Source of the DNA: Antedon mediterranea
Lineage: Eukaryota; Animalia; Echinodermata
Assembly: GCF_964355755.1 (NCBI RefSeq)
Contig: NC_092673.1
Location: 16,402,948-16,466,947 of the forward strand
Length of the DNA: 64,000 nucleotides
Direction of reading: 5' to 3'
In this document: positions 13,834 to 26,405 of the stretch, one piece after another
Layout of the letters: every line of letters begins with the position of its first letter
Numbering within the stretch: the first letter of the stretch is position 1
Made by a program: the position numbers and the translations under genes
The notes under the pieces: generated by a model
The model's database searches: none
What the model was told of the DNA's origin: nothing
Seen by the model: the letters and a program-made list of their open reading frames with translations, nothing else

Positions 13834-14061
13834 TAGATCTACCTGATTCCCAGTGCTGTATCTCCACATACTATCTATTTCTGAAGTATCATAGGAATAT
13901 TTGGTAATACAGCATCACATGTGGTGCCTGTATCGTGTAAGGACGTTAAGGGTTAGGTTACTCTAGATACATGTGAAACACATGTGATGTTGTATTACAA
14001 AATATTCCTGATACTTCGGAAATCGATACAGATACAGTACCGAGAATCGGCTTGTAGATTA
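13834..14061. mobile_element. Small diverged MITE
   Basis: Left TCTAC..GATTCCCAGTGCTGTATCT..GAAGTATCA is complementary to right TGATACTTC..AGATACAGTACCGAGAATC..GTAGA. Confidence 0.5.
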
Positions 14062-14434
14062 GTGATGTTAATTCTTGTTACAACTATACATTATTTGGGC
14101 TGCTTTGTGAAATGCGTATTAGATTCAATACTCCAATATGCCTCTTCAAAGTTAGCTTGGATATTGCTCCTACTAGATGTATGTTGATATAATGTATTAA
14201 TCCTCAACAAGTAAAGCTGTTGAGTGATAATGTGTTTGTGTATGTCATGATCTACTGTATAAACACTTTTTAACAGGCCTACGCAGTTAGTTAAAATATA
14301 CTGTTTAAATCTAAATGCCCTAACAAAATTATTTCAGTTAGATATTTTAACAGGAGAGATTTAATGTTTACTATTTTTATTTTAAGAGAGGCATAATTGA
14401 CTTGATTGGTAAATGAAGACGGTGTATTTTTAAA

Positions 14435-17400
14435 ATGGAGAGGTATGGTTTTCAAATTTATTTAAAATACAAATAAACTAACTTTCAATTATTTGTTGAT
14501 ATTTATTTTACTTTTTAAAATTTCATTTTTATGGTGCTTTTAACAAAGTGTCAAAAAAAATATATATATAAAAAGACCATAGAGATGTATTGTCCTCCAA
14601 AAACATGACAAAATGAAGATTAATTAAATCAGACTTTAAATAGGTTATTTTGTAGTTTTATAAATCTCTTCCATAGAAAAGAAAAACAAACAAAAAAATG
14701 TTTTCACTCACAAAATAAATGTTTAAATTCAACCAAAAACCTATTGGCTGGCTGGCAGCCAATTTGACTGCTTTTTGGTTTAAATTACAGTTTTTTCAGG
14801 TAAATAATGTTTTTTTCTATTCAATTGTGGATAACTATTATGTGACAATAAAATGGCATATTCAACAAAAAAATGTTTATAATTATTTTTTCAGGGGGAC
14901 AATACATCTTTAAGTATGAAAAAAATTCAAATTTAAACATGCAATCAGGCCTGTCATGAACAGTGACATTATCTGGCATTCATTTGGTCATCTCACTTTC
15001 TAGATCACAAGAGATCTTAAGTTGACTTTTTGAAAGTGTAAGTTAGGTTTTCTTACAGTACAGGGCAATTTCTATATTATTTCAATATAGAAATAGGTAA
15101 TTCCAAACCTTTTAGGATAATATTGAAGTTTATAATTTTCATTTTGACAGGAACAATTTAGAACAAGCTTTGGTCAGGAATGATTTGGAAACAGTTGAAC
15201 GACTTTGTAGGACGCAACCAGATCTTGTGAAAACTATCGATGAGGTATAACTAAATATAATAGACTTTGAATAGGCCTTGGCAGTTTTAATAAGTTATTC
15301 ACTTCCGTGGAAAAAAAAAATTATTTCTCTTTTACTAAAAACCATTGTCTGATGGACAATTTGACGATTTGTTGCTTAAATTACAGTTTTAATTTTTTTT
15401 ATGATCCAATTTTGGTCAAAGTGATTTGAACATTCTTTTAAATACAATTTTATGAAATTCACATTTTTGCTATTACTACTTTTGCTTTTTCATTTTCCCT
15501 CTTTCCTTTTCTATATTAAAAAATTTGTATTTAAAGATGTATTGTCCCCCTGAAAAAAATTATTATTAAAACTTTTTTGTTGAATATGTCATTTTAATGT
15601 CACATTAAAATAGTTATCCACTTTGACCAAAAATTAGATTTAAAAAAATATATTTACCTGAAATAACTGTAATTTAAAGCAAAAAATAGTCAAATTGGCA
15701 GCCAGCCAATGGATTTTTGGTTGAATTTAACCATTTATTTTGTCATTTTATTTAATTTTTTTTTCTACGGAAGTACAAAATAACCTATTCAAGTCTGATC
15801 TAATTAATCTTCATTTTTCATGTTTTCATGTTTCTAAACTTTACTTTAAATGACCTCAGTGATAACAACAGTTTTCCCCCATTTAACAATAAAGATGACA
15901 ATTAAGATCATTTACTACGGACGGTACATTATTTAGTAATTGTTGTATTGACAGAAATCCAATTTCACACAATGTCTGTTTATGATTATGATTCCTTTAC
16001 AGGATGGAAACACTCCACTGTATGTATATTTGAGTGGTACCCTAATTAACCCTACTTTAGCAATCATAAATTGTCTCTTAAATCATGGTGCATCAGCAAC
16101 ATTGCAAAATAAGGTAATTTACATAGATTTTCGTGAACCATTCTATTTTTTATTTCAATAATGACGATTAGAATTAGAATTGTTTACTAAATTACTGTAT
16201 TTAGCAGTAATTGTTACTATATTGACAAAATAAACATCATCTGTTGTCAGTATTAATTATAAACTTCATGATTATGATTCCTTTACAGGATGGAAACACT
16301 CCACTGCATGTATATCTGAGTGGTGATAGACAAATACAACCTACTTTAGAAATAGTGGCATCCCTTGTTGCATCAGCAACATTACAAAATAAGGCAATTT
16401 ATTTTCTTTGAATAATGACAAGATTATTTGTTACATTGTTTAGCTGTAATGGTTGCAATAATTTCCATTGACAGAAAACCAATTACACATTTGTAATGTA
16501 AACTCTAAACTCTTTACTATATTTTATGTTTATTTTTATATACCTCTTTATCAACTCAAACCTATGATACTGTAGGACAATTTAATACAGTACCTATATT
16601 ACCATGTTGGTAATGATTTTTCTTTTATGTTTTTGCAAATAGTTTAAGAACCTGTATCCGTCATATAATGTATTGTTTTGATGTATTATGTTAAATTGGA
16701 TGCACCACTTCTGTGTGTGCCACCGATGCAAAGGTGTCATTTCCTAATAAATTATTATTATTATTATTATTATTATTACATAAAAGCTATTATTAGTATT
16801 TATAAACCTCATATATTATGATTCTTTTACAGGATGGGAACACTCCATTACATGTATATCTGAGTGGTGAATTTAATCATACCTTAGAAATAGTGACTTG
16901 TCTTGTACAGCACAGTACATCAACCACATTGCAAAATAAGGTATTTTAAAATTGCTAATGTAGGCTAACATTCTTTATCTACTGCAGTAAACCCTTATAT
17001 TTTTCTTTTATATCAATAATGACAATTTACGATTACTACATAATTTAGCAGTAATTGTTGCTATAGTTTGTATTGACAGATAACATTTTTTTGTCTGTTT
17101 TTAGTATTTATAAACTTTATAATTATGATTTCTTTACAGGATGGGGACACTCCATTACATGTATATCTGAGTGATGGATTTAATCATACCTTAGAAATAG
17201 TGACTTGTCTTGTACAGCAATGTACATCAGCAACCATGCAAAATAAGGTAATGTACAGAGATTTAGATCTGTTGTGGTAAACCATTCTATTGTTTAAATA
17301 ATGACAATATTATTTACTAAATTACTTATCCAATAATTGTTGTATTTAAAGAGAAACACTTTCGTTCGCTTACCCTCTAGGAGTTCACAAAAACATGACC

Positions 17401-20400
17401 ACAACCCAGGAAATCAGAAACCCGGGCCAGACCTATGCATATTACATATGATTACTGAATTATACATGTTTTTTTTTTTGTGAAATTTCATGAGGGGTAC
17501 CCAACTTGTGTACAAAAACCAAAATATAGCGACCTGGGTAGTAAAGCTAGTGTGATTATTTGGAAGTAACAGAGTTGAGGTTGGTAACAGAAATGCTGTT
17601 TAGGACTGTTGTTATGACATCTTGATGATGTTGTAAGAATGTTAAAATGCAGGTTTTTCTTGGGCATAGTATAATCAGCGATATTACAGAAATTATGAAT
17701 AGGGAAACAGAACTATAATATTTTGCAGTGTATGAGATTTGATTCCCAGATCTGAGCCTGCTACTGAGAATGAGTATGATGAGACGCAAAATATCATTTA
17801 TGATTAATTATGTCTACTGACCACACACATCATAAGAATATAATTTTAAACATTTTGCAAATTGATAATGTGTTACCTGAAACACAAAATAATAGACTTT
17901 ATGGTACACAGGAGGGAAAGTCAATGCATCAATCACTAACGCAGTCTGAGTGGTTATGTTATGTGCAATTTGAACGACTTGCGCAATTTGAAATTGCTCA
18001 ATGATTTCCTTAAGTATTTGATTATCAAAACGCATTTTACATATTACAGATGTCTGTTATCAATATTTTAAAAGTCATGACTATGATTCATTTACAGGAT
18101 GGAAACACTCCATTACATGTATATCTGAGTGGTAATTATGACCCTACCTTAGAAATGGTGACATGTCTCCTAAATCAGGATGCATCAACAACATTGCAAA
18201 ATAAGGTAATTTATAGGAAATTGTCAGTGTAATAGGCTAACAATCTATATATTCTGCGGTAAACATTCTCCCCCCCCCCCCCCACTCATTTTATCATAGG
18301 CCACAAGACATTCTATAGTTTCTGATGTTATTCTATAATTTGTTAATGTTTATACAATGTTAATTTTATGGTTCACATCTCATCAAAAGTTCTCTAAAAT
18401 GTGTGGCAATTTTGATACCTTTTATACCCCCTTTGCTCATAGGGTGTACAATTGTATATGTAATTCTCTGACACATATCTCTATGATTCATTGTACACAA
18501 TTAAATAAATTATTGAGGTGCCCATACACCATATTTGTAGTGGGCCCTTTTAAGCCTCAGTTGAATTAGACAATCAAAAATGGCAACTCCTGTGGCAGGC
18601 CATTGCTCAAATAAACTGGATATTTTGTGGAGAACATTTGATATAGTCCACAATATCAACTTTCAAAATGTTTACAGCTATTGCAAACAATTCACATAAT
18701 GTCTGTTGTCATTATTTATAAACTTTATGATTATAATTCCTTTCCAGGATGGAAACACTCCATTACATGTATATCTGAGTGATAGATATCACCCTACCTT
18801 AGAAATGGTGCCTTATCTGAAACAGCATGGTGCACCAGTAACATTGCAAAATAAGGTAATGTAAAAAGAATTGTCAAGACAATCAGCTGCGGAAACATTT
18901 TTTTTTGTTTCGTTGTTTATCAATAATGGAAATTATTATTAGATTATTTAGATTTACATATGTGAACTTTATTCAATCAATCGTACATTTTTTTAGGTGT
19001 CTAGAAAACTCAGATCTCGGATATACCTGAGTTTTCTAGATCTAGAAAACTCGGATATCTGACTTTTCTAGTTCCAAAATGGAGTTTTCTAGACACCCCA
19101 TTTTTTGGTATTATAATGGTAAACATAATAAAGTGTATTTACAGTGATTTTTACAAAAAAAAATATTAATTATAAAATATATATAGTGATTATTTACAGT
19201 AATGATAATAATAAGGATGAATTTAATTATATTGACTATTATTTTTTTCGGTATTTATTTATAATGGTAACCATAATAACGTGTATTTACAGTGATTTTT
19301 ACTTTTAATAGAAATAGTAAATACTATTCTCGTCTAAATTTAATATTTTGTCCAATGCAGCTCTATCAACCAATCACTAGACAGTAAATGTTTGAGCCAT
19401 GATATGATACTGTATCAATTAAATAATATTCTGATACTTCTCTAAACTCATTTTTATAGGAAGGAAATACACCCATCTCTGTTTTGAAAAATAACAAGCA
19501 GATACAGGACCCAGAAAAAAATGAAATTTTAAATTTTTTTGAAAGTAAGTGAAGTTTTAATTATCAAGATTTTGGGGTAAACCAATTTTCATTGCAAAGG
19601 ACAGATGTTCAATTTCTTTTTCCAATGCTTTGATAAACTGATTTTGAAAATGTTCTCATACTGATCATATGATGAGCTCTGTAAATTGTGTGCATGTACG
19701 GTATCCATGCATTGTGCTATTGAAAAACTCTTTAAACTTATAGAGAATCATTGTGAGGATGTAGGTAATTTAATTATAATTTCTGAACCATGCCTTTATA
19801 TAGATGTGAATGAATTATGCACATTTACAGGTTTGATAGTTTTCTTCTTTCATTAGCATTGACTATAATCACAAATGATACAGTCATTAAAAATACAATT
19901 CACGGGGTAGGGGTACAAAAACGATTTTTAGAGTCAAAGTAATATTGCTGGATAATATGCTGCATAATTAGCAAGCAAGGTGATTGTTTACAACCGGAAA
20001 TGTTTTGTAATCGAATTGGGAGCTACCTTATGAGTTATTATAGGGGTCAAAAGGCTAATGATGACCTCTCAATAATTTATTTTGGGATCAATTGCTTACC
20101 CTGACCAACCTGTTTCTGTGTATAATCATCAATGCACTATGACGAAGAAGAATGTCCAGAATCCAACTACAAAACCAACATAAGGTATATTAGGGACTTT
20201 TAGATTTGAGTGAACGTGAACTAAATCCACGTGCGTCCACATGGGTCGTAGTCGACTGTTACTCGTCGACAGATATATGAACGCAACCTTTTTTGACTCC
20301 GACCCCATGATCCTATTTTGGTAATTCTCGCGACCCAACATTGCGTATTTGAGCCACAGACCCCCCCCCCCTCCCCATGTTAAGTGACACCTATAGATGG

Positions 20401-22106
20401 CCGCAAATGGTACTCTTGCACGTAAAAATCCATATAAATGGCACCTCTAGTCCACTATAATAATAGTCGCTCGCAATTGGAAAAAGGATCGTATCCTACT
20501 TTTTCCGCCGGTAAAGACATTTGTGTTCAATGCTAACATCCCGAACCATAAAAAGTCCCCCTGGCTAGGAACAACATCGCTATGAGTGTAATTTGAGAGG
20601 GACCTGTTTCTATTGAATGTTAATTGTAAATGTTCCCACCGCCGGTACATCAAAGGATGCACTTTTTTAGTCAAGTTACACACTCATTGCAAACTACAGA
20701 ACAATAGCGTCATAGAAACAGTTGGTAGATTATTAATCCACGTCCTAAATGGGGATTCCCCACTTGTATATTAACAACGAACTATGCGTCAAAAGCGTCC
20801 ATTGGCCCGTTGTCGATTCCCAATTGTGTGTACGCTACTCGCCTCAACATAGGGAAAAACTGTAGATATGTAAAATATAATTAGCCTTTGTAGATTCTAC
20901 AAAACTGAGAACATTTCACATCTAGATCAGTTTATACTTGCTAAAAAGTTTCAGTATCTGAAACATTTGCGATCCATCAATTTGTTTTCGCGACTCAAAC
21001 ATTGGGTCTTGACCCATACTGTAGGTTGCGGAACGGCGGTTTAGATTAAGTGGACATTTATGTTGATTACATTAGCTGGCAATAATAACTCTGAAAGGCA
21101 ATTTTTGTTGATACATTAGCTATTAACCATTTGCTGGTAGCTGGTGTTGATTTTGTATTTAAATAATTATTATGATTATTGAGCTGTCAAAAAAAAAATT
21201 ATAAATCCAATGTGCTTCATAAAAAATAATACTATAGAGTTCTTGCACTCGTGTATTAATAGAATATTTCAAAAGTTGTAACTTGAAAGTTTTATACATT
21301 ACTGTATGTGAATTGAATTGATATTCTACAGTGAGTGTACTGTATGTAAATGAGATTTCTAGCATACTGTAAAACATGGAAAAGAAGCCCATAGGCTTTT
21401 TTAGGACTCCTGGATGGGCGTCTTTTTAAGATATATGATAATATGATCAGGATGATGATGATGATGATGAGGATCAGGATGACATAGAAGTTGGTGATAT
21501 TGAGGATATTACTCAAAAATTTAGGATTTATAAAACAAAGAATATAATAACGTACCTTATTATTATAGGAATAAAATAATTAGAGTGAGTAGGTTTTTGT
21601 TGTTGTTGTTTCTAAAAGCTGATAATAGATATAGAAAATATTATTATATTATAATCATATTCAAATAATGATGATTATTAAACAATACTTATAACAATGC
21701 TGAATTTATTACTTGAAATTTGAAAATGATTTTGTGGTTTTTCATGAATTTTTATTCATAAATCTTAAAACAGTAATTATGATAAGAATGCTATCTACTG
21801 AATTTATTACAAGAAATTGGAAATGATTTTGTGGCGTTCCAGGAATTATACTGCAAACTTATTCAAATAATGATTATGATTTCAACAATATTTATGATGC
21901 TATCTACTGAATTTATTACATTGGAAAATATTGTGGTGTTTTATGAATTTATATTCATTATTCATAATCTTAAAAAAACAATTACAATTTCCACAATAAT
22001 CATGATAACTGTTATACTAAATTGATTGATACTGTTTTTCATTCGTATAGATCTCTCAGAGGATGTTGAAGACTTAAGTCACAGACTTAGCCCAATGATG
22101 CAATAA
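14435..22106 (+). CDS. Ankyrin-repeat protein, 296 aa, 10 coding exons
   Basis: Exons 14435-14442, 15151-15244, 16003-16113, 16289-16393, 16833-16940, 17140-17247, 18098-18205, 18748-18855, 19460-19544, 22051-22106. They join in frame (891 nt, MERNNLEQAL...SPMMQ*) with AG acceptors and GT donors (one GC). Repeated DGNTPLHVYL ankyrin motif. First and last exons are less certain. Confidence 0.8.
14581..14910. mobile_element. Kolobok-like MITE
   Basis: TIR AGATGTATTGTCC / GGACAATACATCT followed by TTAA. Confidence 0.7.
15151..15244 (+). CDS. Ankyrin gene exon 2 (N-cap: NNLEQALVRNDLETVERLCRTQPDLVKTIDE)
   Basis: ttttgacag acceptor, GAG|gtataa donor, phase 2-0. Confidence 0.8.
15535..15832. mobile_element. 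Second copy of the Kolobok-like MITE, opposite orientation, truncated
   Basis: TTAA|AGATGTATTGTCCCCCTG start; reverse complement of 14600-14910. Confidence 0.7.
16003..16113 (+). CDS. Ankyrin repeat exon 1 (DGNTPLYVYLSGTLINPTLAIINCLLNHGASATLQNK)
   Basis: ctttacag / AAG|gtaatt, phase 0-0. Confidence 0.9.
16289..16393 (+). CDS. Ankyrin repeat exon 2 (DGNTPLHVYLSGDRQIQPTLEIVASLVASATLQNK)
   Basis: ctttacag / AAG|gcaatt (GC donor), phase 0-0. Confidence 0.7.
16833..16940 (+). CDS. Ankyrin repeat exon 3 (DGNTPLHVYLSGEFNHTLEIVTCLVQHSTSTTLQNK)
   Basis: ttttacag / AAG|gtattt, phase 0-0. Confidence 0.9.
17140..17247 (+). CDS. Ankyrin repeat exon 4 (DGDTPLHVYLSDGFNHTLEIVTCLVQQCTSATMQNK)
   Basis: ctttacag / AAG|gtaatg, phase 0-0. 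Confidence 0.9.
18098..18205 (+). CDS. Ankyrin repeat exon 5 (DGNTPLHVYLSGNYDPTLEMVTCLLNQDASTTLQNK)
   Basis: atttacag / AAG|gtaatt, phase 0-0. Confidence 0.9.
18748..18855 (+). CDS. Ankyrin repeat exon 6 (DGNTPLHVYLSDRYHPTLEMVPYLKQHGAPVTLQNK)
   Basis: tttccag / AAG|gtaatg, phase 0-0. Confidence 0.9.
18996..19099. mobile_element. ~100-bp palindromic MITE
   Basis: GGTGTCTAGAAAACTC...GAGTTTTCTAGACACC ends, with internal repeats of the same motif. Confidence 0.65.
19460..19544 (+). CDS. Ankyrin gene C-cap exon (EGNTPISVLKNNKQIQDPEKNEILNFFE)
   Basis: tttttatag / A|gtaagt, phase 0-1. Confidence 0.85.
22051..22106 (+). CDS. Ankyrin gene probable last coding exon (NLSEDVEDLSHRLSPMMQ*)
   Basis: tttttcattcgtatag acceptor, phase-compatible with the previous donor, ends TAA. 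Confidence 0.6.
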
Positions 22107-22273
22107 ACATGGACGTTCTATTCATACAAGAATTAGACAAAGTGTTAAAGTGTTGAAAACTGGTACCAGTACAATCTACCTGTTAACTCTTTTATCTGTG
22201 AATTGAGTAGCGATTTGGTTGCGATGTAATGTTAGCGTGTCATACTAAATTTCCCCTTGTTTTATGAGAAAGT

Positions 22274-22650
22274 ATCCCCTGAATAGGGGTGTCCTAAAGA
22301 AGGGATTTACTCCAGTAGTAAAGAGGAGGGATGTGTCCCCTGAATAGGGTTGTCCTAAAGAAGGGGTTTGCTCCAGTAGTAAAGAGGAGGGGTGGTCCCC
22401 TGAATAAGGGTGTCTTAAAAAAAGTGATTTACTCCAGTAGTAAAGAGGAGGGGTGTGTCCCCTGAATCTGGATGTGTCCCCTGAATAGGGGTGTCCTAAA
22501 GAAGGGGTTTACTCCAGTAGTAAAGAGGAGGGGTGTGTCTCTTGAATAGGGATGTGTCCCCTGAATAGGGGTGTCCTAAAGAAGGGGTTTACTACAGTAG
22601 TAAAGAGGAGGGGTGTGTTCCCTGAATAGGGGTGTGTCCCCTGAATAGGA
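22274..22650 (+). repeat. Minisatellite of ~60-80-bp units (TCCCCTGAATAGGGGTGTCCTAAAGAAGGGGTTTACTCCAGTAGTAAAGAGGAGGGG)
   Basis: 5-6 units seen directly; resembles an amplified MITE end. Confidence 0.85.
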
Positions 22651-23463
22651 TTTCAGTGTACTAAACAGTACATGAATGTTGGTAACAAAGAAAAGACGAC
22701 AAAACAAATACTGGAACATTTACAAAAAATAACTGTAGGTCTACAAGCATGTGGGTATAAAACATTGCTACTGTTCCTGTTGCAGACATTACATATTGCT
22801 ATATTTAGAGATAAGACCATTTTAACTGTTTTTATATTTTGTTGTGCATTTATATTAGAGTCTCTATGTTGAGATTACAGGCAAAAATCAAATGACAAAC
22901 ATACATTTTTTGAATAAGAATTGATTTAAGTAAGAAGAATATGTGCTACCCCAGCCCTCATGCCATAAACGAATAATATATTAATAAATTAATTTTAGAT
23001 TATAATTAGAATGTCTTGAGGAACAAAATATCTCGACTTAAATAATATGCCTATTTTCTTACATTTTGAAATAAACTATGAATATTATTTTCCCATGAAA
23101 GAAATTTATCAAACAAGACTTTCTCTACTTCATTTATTACATTCTATCCAATTAAGAGATCCAATTTTGTTTAAAATGTTCCTTCTGTTTTGAAAAATAA
23201 TTTAAAAAAAATAAAAATAATCCACTCTTGATTCCCCTTTTTATAAAAAAAATATTTTCCCCTGAAGGAATTCAACCTTGCTTGTCAAATGAAACGACAA
23301 CATTATAGTACAGTACAGTAAATGAACTGAGATTAGATATTAATTAATTATCCAATTTTTTTTTTAACTTCAGAGAATATCCAGTTAATTATATAGTTTT
23401 ATATGCAGAATTACAAAACCAAAAATATATGCAAATGAGACCAGGTAAACGGAAGAACAGAAT

Positions 23464-23507
23464 CAGAGCCATATATATAAAGTCGTAACTATATATATAT
23501 GGCTCTG
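23464..23507. mobile_element. 44-bp hairpin micro-MITE, hAT-like
   Basis: CAGAGCCATATATATA..TATATATATGGCTCTG, flanked by a perfect 8-bp TSD AACAGAAT. Confidence 0.8.
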
Positions 23508-24416
23508 AACAGAATTAAATCCTTGCACCCTCTAATCCTTCCCCTTACCACACTAGACATAGACACAACTGTTAAATCTCACTGTGTTACTAAACGCCAC
23601 TTCTCTAGCCCAGTTCCATATTTGATCCGATTATTAAACAAACAATGCTTAAATCTAAATTAATGTTTGATGAATTGTTTATACAGTAGTGTTCAATTTT
23701 TTTGTACAGTACTAAATTATTATATTTGTTATGAATGAATTTTATAATGTCTATTTGTTGAATGAATATATTTTGATGTTTTTTCACTTTTAATTCAATT
23801 TGAATTAAACTCAATTCAGTATGCTGCTATGTTTTAATGTTATTCATATTTTTTAATAAATACTAAATTATGAATGAAAAACTTATTTGTTTATTTGTAA
23901 GGATAGTGTTTTTTGAAGGGGGAGATTTTAACATCGAGGATATAAAATTATACGTTCTAGCTATTGTTAAAAATGTATTGTATATTATAGGAATAATAAT
24001 ATCCATTTCAACAACCCGCTGGAGGTCGAGTAATAAAGTTCTTCGATAATATTGCAGCGATAAAAATATGTAGACAAATTGTGATTGCGCCCTCTATAAA
24101 AAATAAAGTTTTATAAACATCACACGCATTTTATACAGAAAGAATGTCCGAAACAAGAAGTAAGTTTTGTTTCATTATTATCATACCATATCATATACGG
24201 AATTCTTTATAATGTGTTGTTTTAATAGCAGGTCTTTTTTTGGATCTTATATTCGTATCCTAGGGCTAGGCTATAGGCCCTACCTAGCTAGCTAACAAAC
24301 TAGGCCAGGTCTAGGCCCTAGAATAGTAGGCTAGGTAGCCTAGAGGGCCTAGCTAGGCCTCTACTACTACTACTAGCTAGGCCGAACCATCTACGTACTA
24401 CACTACTAGGCCTAGG

Positions 24417-25400
24417 GGCGCTAGTTCCGTTTCGCACCTGTCTTTTATTCCGACTCCAAATGTGTTAAGGAACTTTATCCTGAATACCACACTTTAGAAT
24501 TAGACCTCATAAGTACTTTTACGATGGAGAATCACAGAAAAAGTAACAAATATATCCTTTAAATCGATGAAATTATAGACATGTTTCTTGCACGTGGTTT
24601 GTGAATTTCGCACACTCCATGTTCTATATATTGACATTTCTATGGAGCGCCAAAAGAGCAACTATAATAGAGGGCTAAAAAGGCAGTGGAATGCGCATAT
24701 TTAATGCATCTATTGGTGAAAATTACGTTCAATTTAAATATATTTTATCAATGTTAATACAACTAAACTGTTGATACTGTACATGGTTTTCGACAAATCG
24801 ACAAATTCATCATCATAAGATGTACTGTAGGTTATTATTATTATTATTATTATTATTTATTGCCAAAAACCAGTTACAAACAAACAAAACACAGAAACTA
24901 AGGGAGTAGGCAGGAACCTAAAAGTGAACCTAATCACTATAACAAGAGTTCAGGTTCCGTACTCCCAAAGTAACAACCTATTATATACCTCAATGATCTA
25001 AATAATATCCGTTTTAGTCCTGGGCATAGACCAATTAGATGCTGATTTAGGATCGTTTAATAATGTTCTTTGAAAACAGCACATTATCGCCAGTAACATG
25101 TAACAATTGACAAAAAATTGTGAATTAAAACGTGTATTTCATAAATAGATGCATTAAAAGTAGACGCATTCCACTGAATTTTTAACCCTCTATTATAGTT
25201 GCTCTTTTGGCGCTCCATAGAGACGAAAAAAATGAACTTCGTGTATGTGAAATTTGCGAACGGTGTGCAAGAAACACGTCTGTAAAATCATCAATTTAAA
25301 GGATTTACTTGTTACTTTTTATGTGATTCTTCTTCATACAAGAACTTATGAGGCCCCAATTCTAAGGTGTGGTATTCAAAATAAGTTTGGAGTCCAAATA
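24417..25400. mobile_element. Long-TIR element (GGCGCTAGTTCC family): left arm 24417-24720, right arm 25140-25400 truncated
   Basis: Arms are reverse complements of each other; same family as 1-303. Confidence 0.7.
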
Positions 25401-25739
25401 AAACAGCTAGGGCCAGGCATGGCCCAGGCGATCAGGGAGCCCAATAATGATGTAAGACGATTGGGACAAGAGACGATCGGGCACCAAATAAAAATGTAGG
25501 GTCTCACAACTAAATGACAACTCAAACAAATGTTTGTGCTCCCGAAGCCATCTTGCAGAGATGACCAGCTGAGAGTAAAAACGGAGAATATATTACAAGA
25601 ATGAGTAATCTGCAATTGTTGCATTAGAAATTTGTAACAGAGCATGGATGCCCGCCCTCGTGAGAGCGGATGTATACAAACTAAAGAAGACTTGATTTGA
25701 CAGATATTATGTCATATTATTAATAGAATTATGATAATA

Positions 25740-26255
25740 CAGTAGAACCTTCATTTTACGTACGGTACGCGTGAGACAAAAAGACATACGTAAAACATGG
25801 GATTCGTAAAATCCAGGTTGACCTTAAATTGACCCCAAATACGTAGATTATAGCTAAAAAGGCTGCCATGTTTTCCTACAGTACTTTACTGCACAGCATG
25901 CAGGTTGTCACTAGCTAGGCCTTGCCTAGACTAACCTAGGGCCAGGCCAGGCTAGCAGGCCTAGCAAGATGTGAGGCCTAACTAGAAAAGTGCAGTAATA
26001 CAGGCTGTGCGATGTTTAAATAAAGTGTTTTAAATAAAATATCAATGTTCTTGTATTTTCCATAATAAAAACAGTCGCTGCTGTAGGTGGAATGCACATG
26101 TGTACTGTAGCTTGTCTCTCACACAGCAGAGTTCCTCACACAGCCATGGCTTTGTGCTTGTTGTTAAATTGCGCCCTCAATGTAAAAAATGATGATGTCA
26201 TCAGTCATTTTAAGCGTACGTAAAATCCAGGGAACGTAAAACAGAGGTTCTACTG
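25740..26255. mobile_element. Tc1/mariner-pogo MITE
   Basis: TA|CAGTAGAACCT...AGGTTCTACTG|TA; absent from the paralogous copy. Confidence 0.85.
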
Positions 26256-26319
26256 TATATTTAAATTTGATTTCTTTAATTTAATTTATATTGTTACATG
26301 TTTATGTCTCGTCATATTG

Positions 26320-26405
26320 TATTTTTGTGAGGGTCCCTAATGGTCAGCTTCGGCTGGATGGACCACCCTCATAAAATATTGTTGAAATAAAAATAAATAA
26401 ATAAT
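26320..26405 (+). mobile_element. 3' tail of a LINE/SINE (stem-loop plus (AAAT)n); paralog at 31085-31170
   Basis: GAGGGTCCCTAATGGTCAGCTTCGGCTGGATGGACCACCCTC then AATAAA repeats; same tail as the SINE at 63.3 kb. Confidence 0.6.

Noticed and set aside
20129-20850. Relatively GC-rich intronic segment with short minus-strand ORFs
   Set aside because: No recognisable domain, termini or splice structure; probably TE-derived but cannot be supported.
21420-21515. Acidic (GAT)n stretch as a possible ankyrin exon
   Set aside because: No convincing splice sites; looks like microsatellite or decayed repeat sequence.
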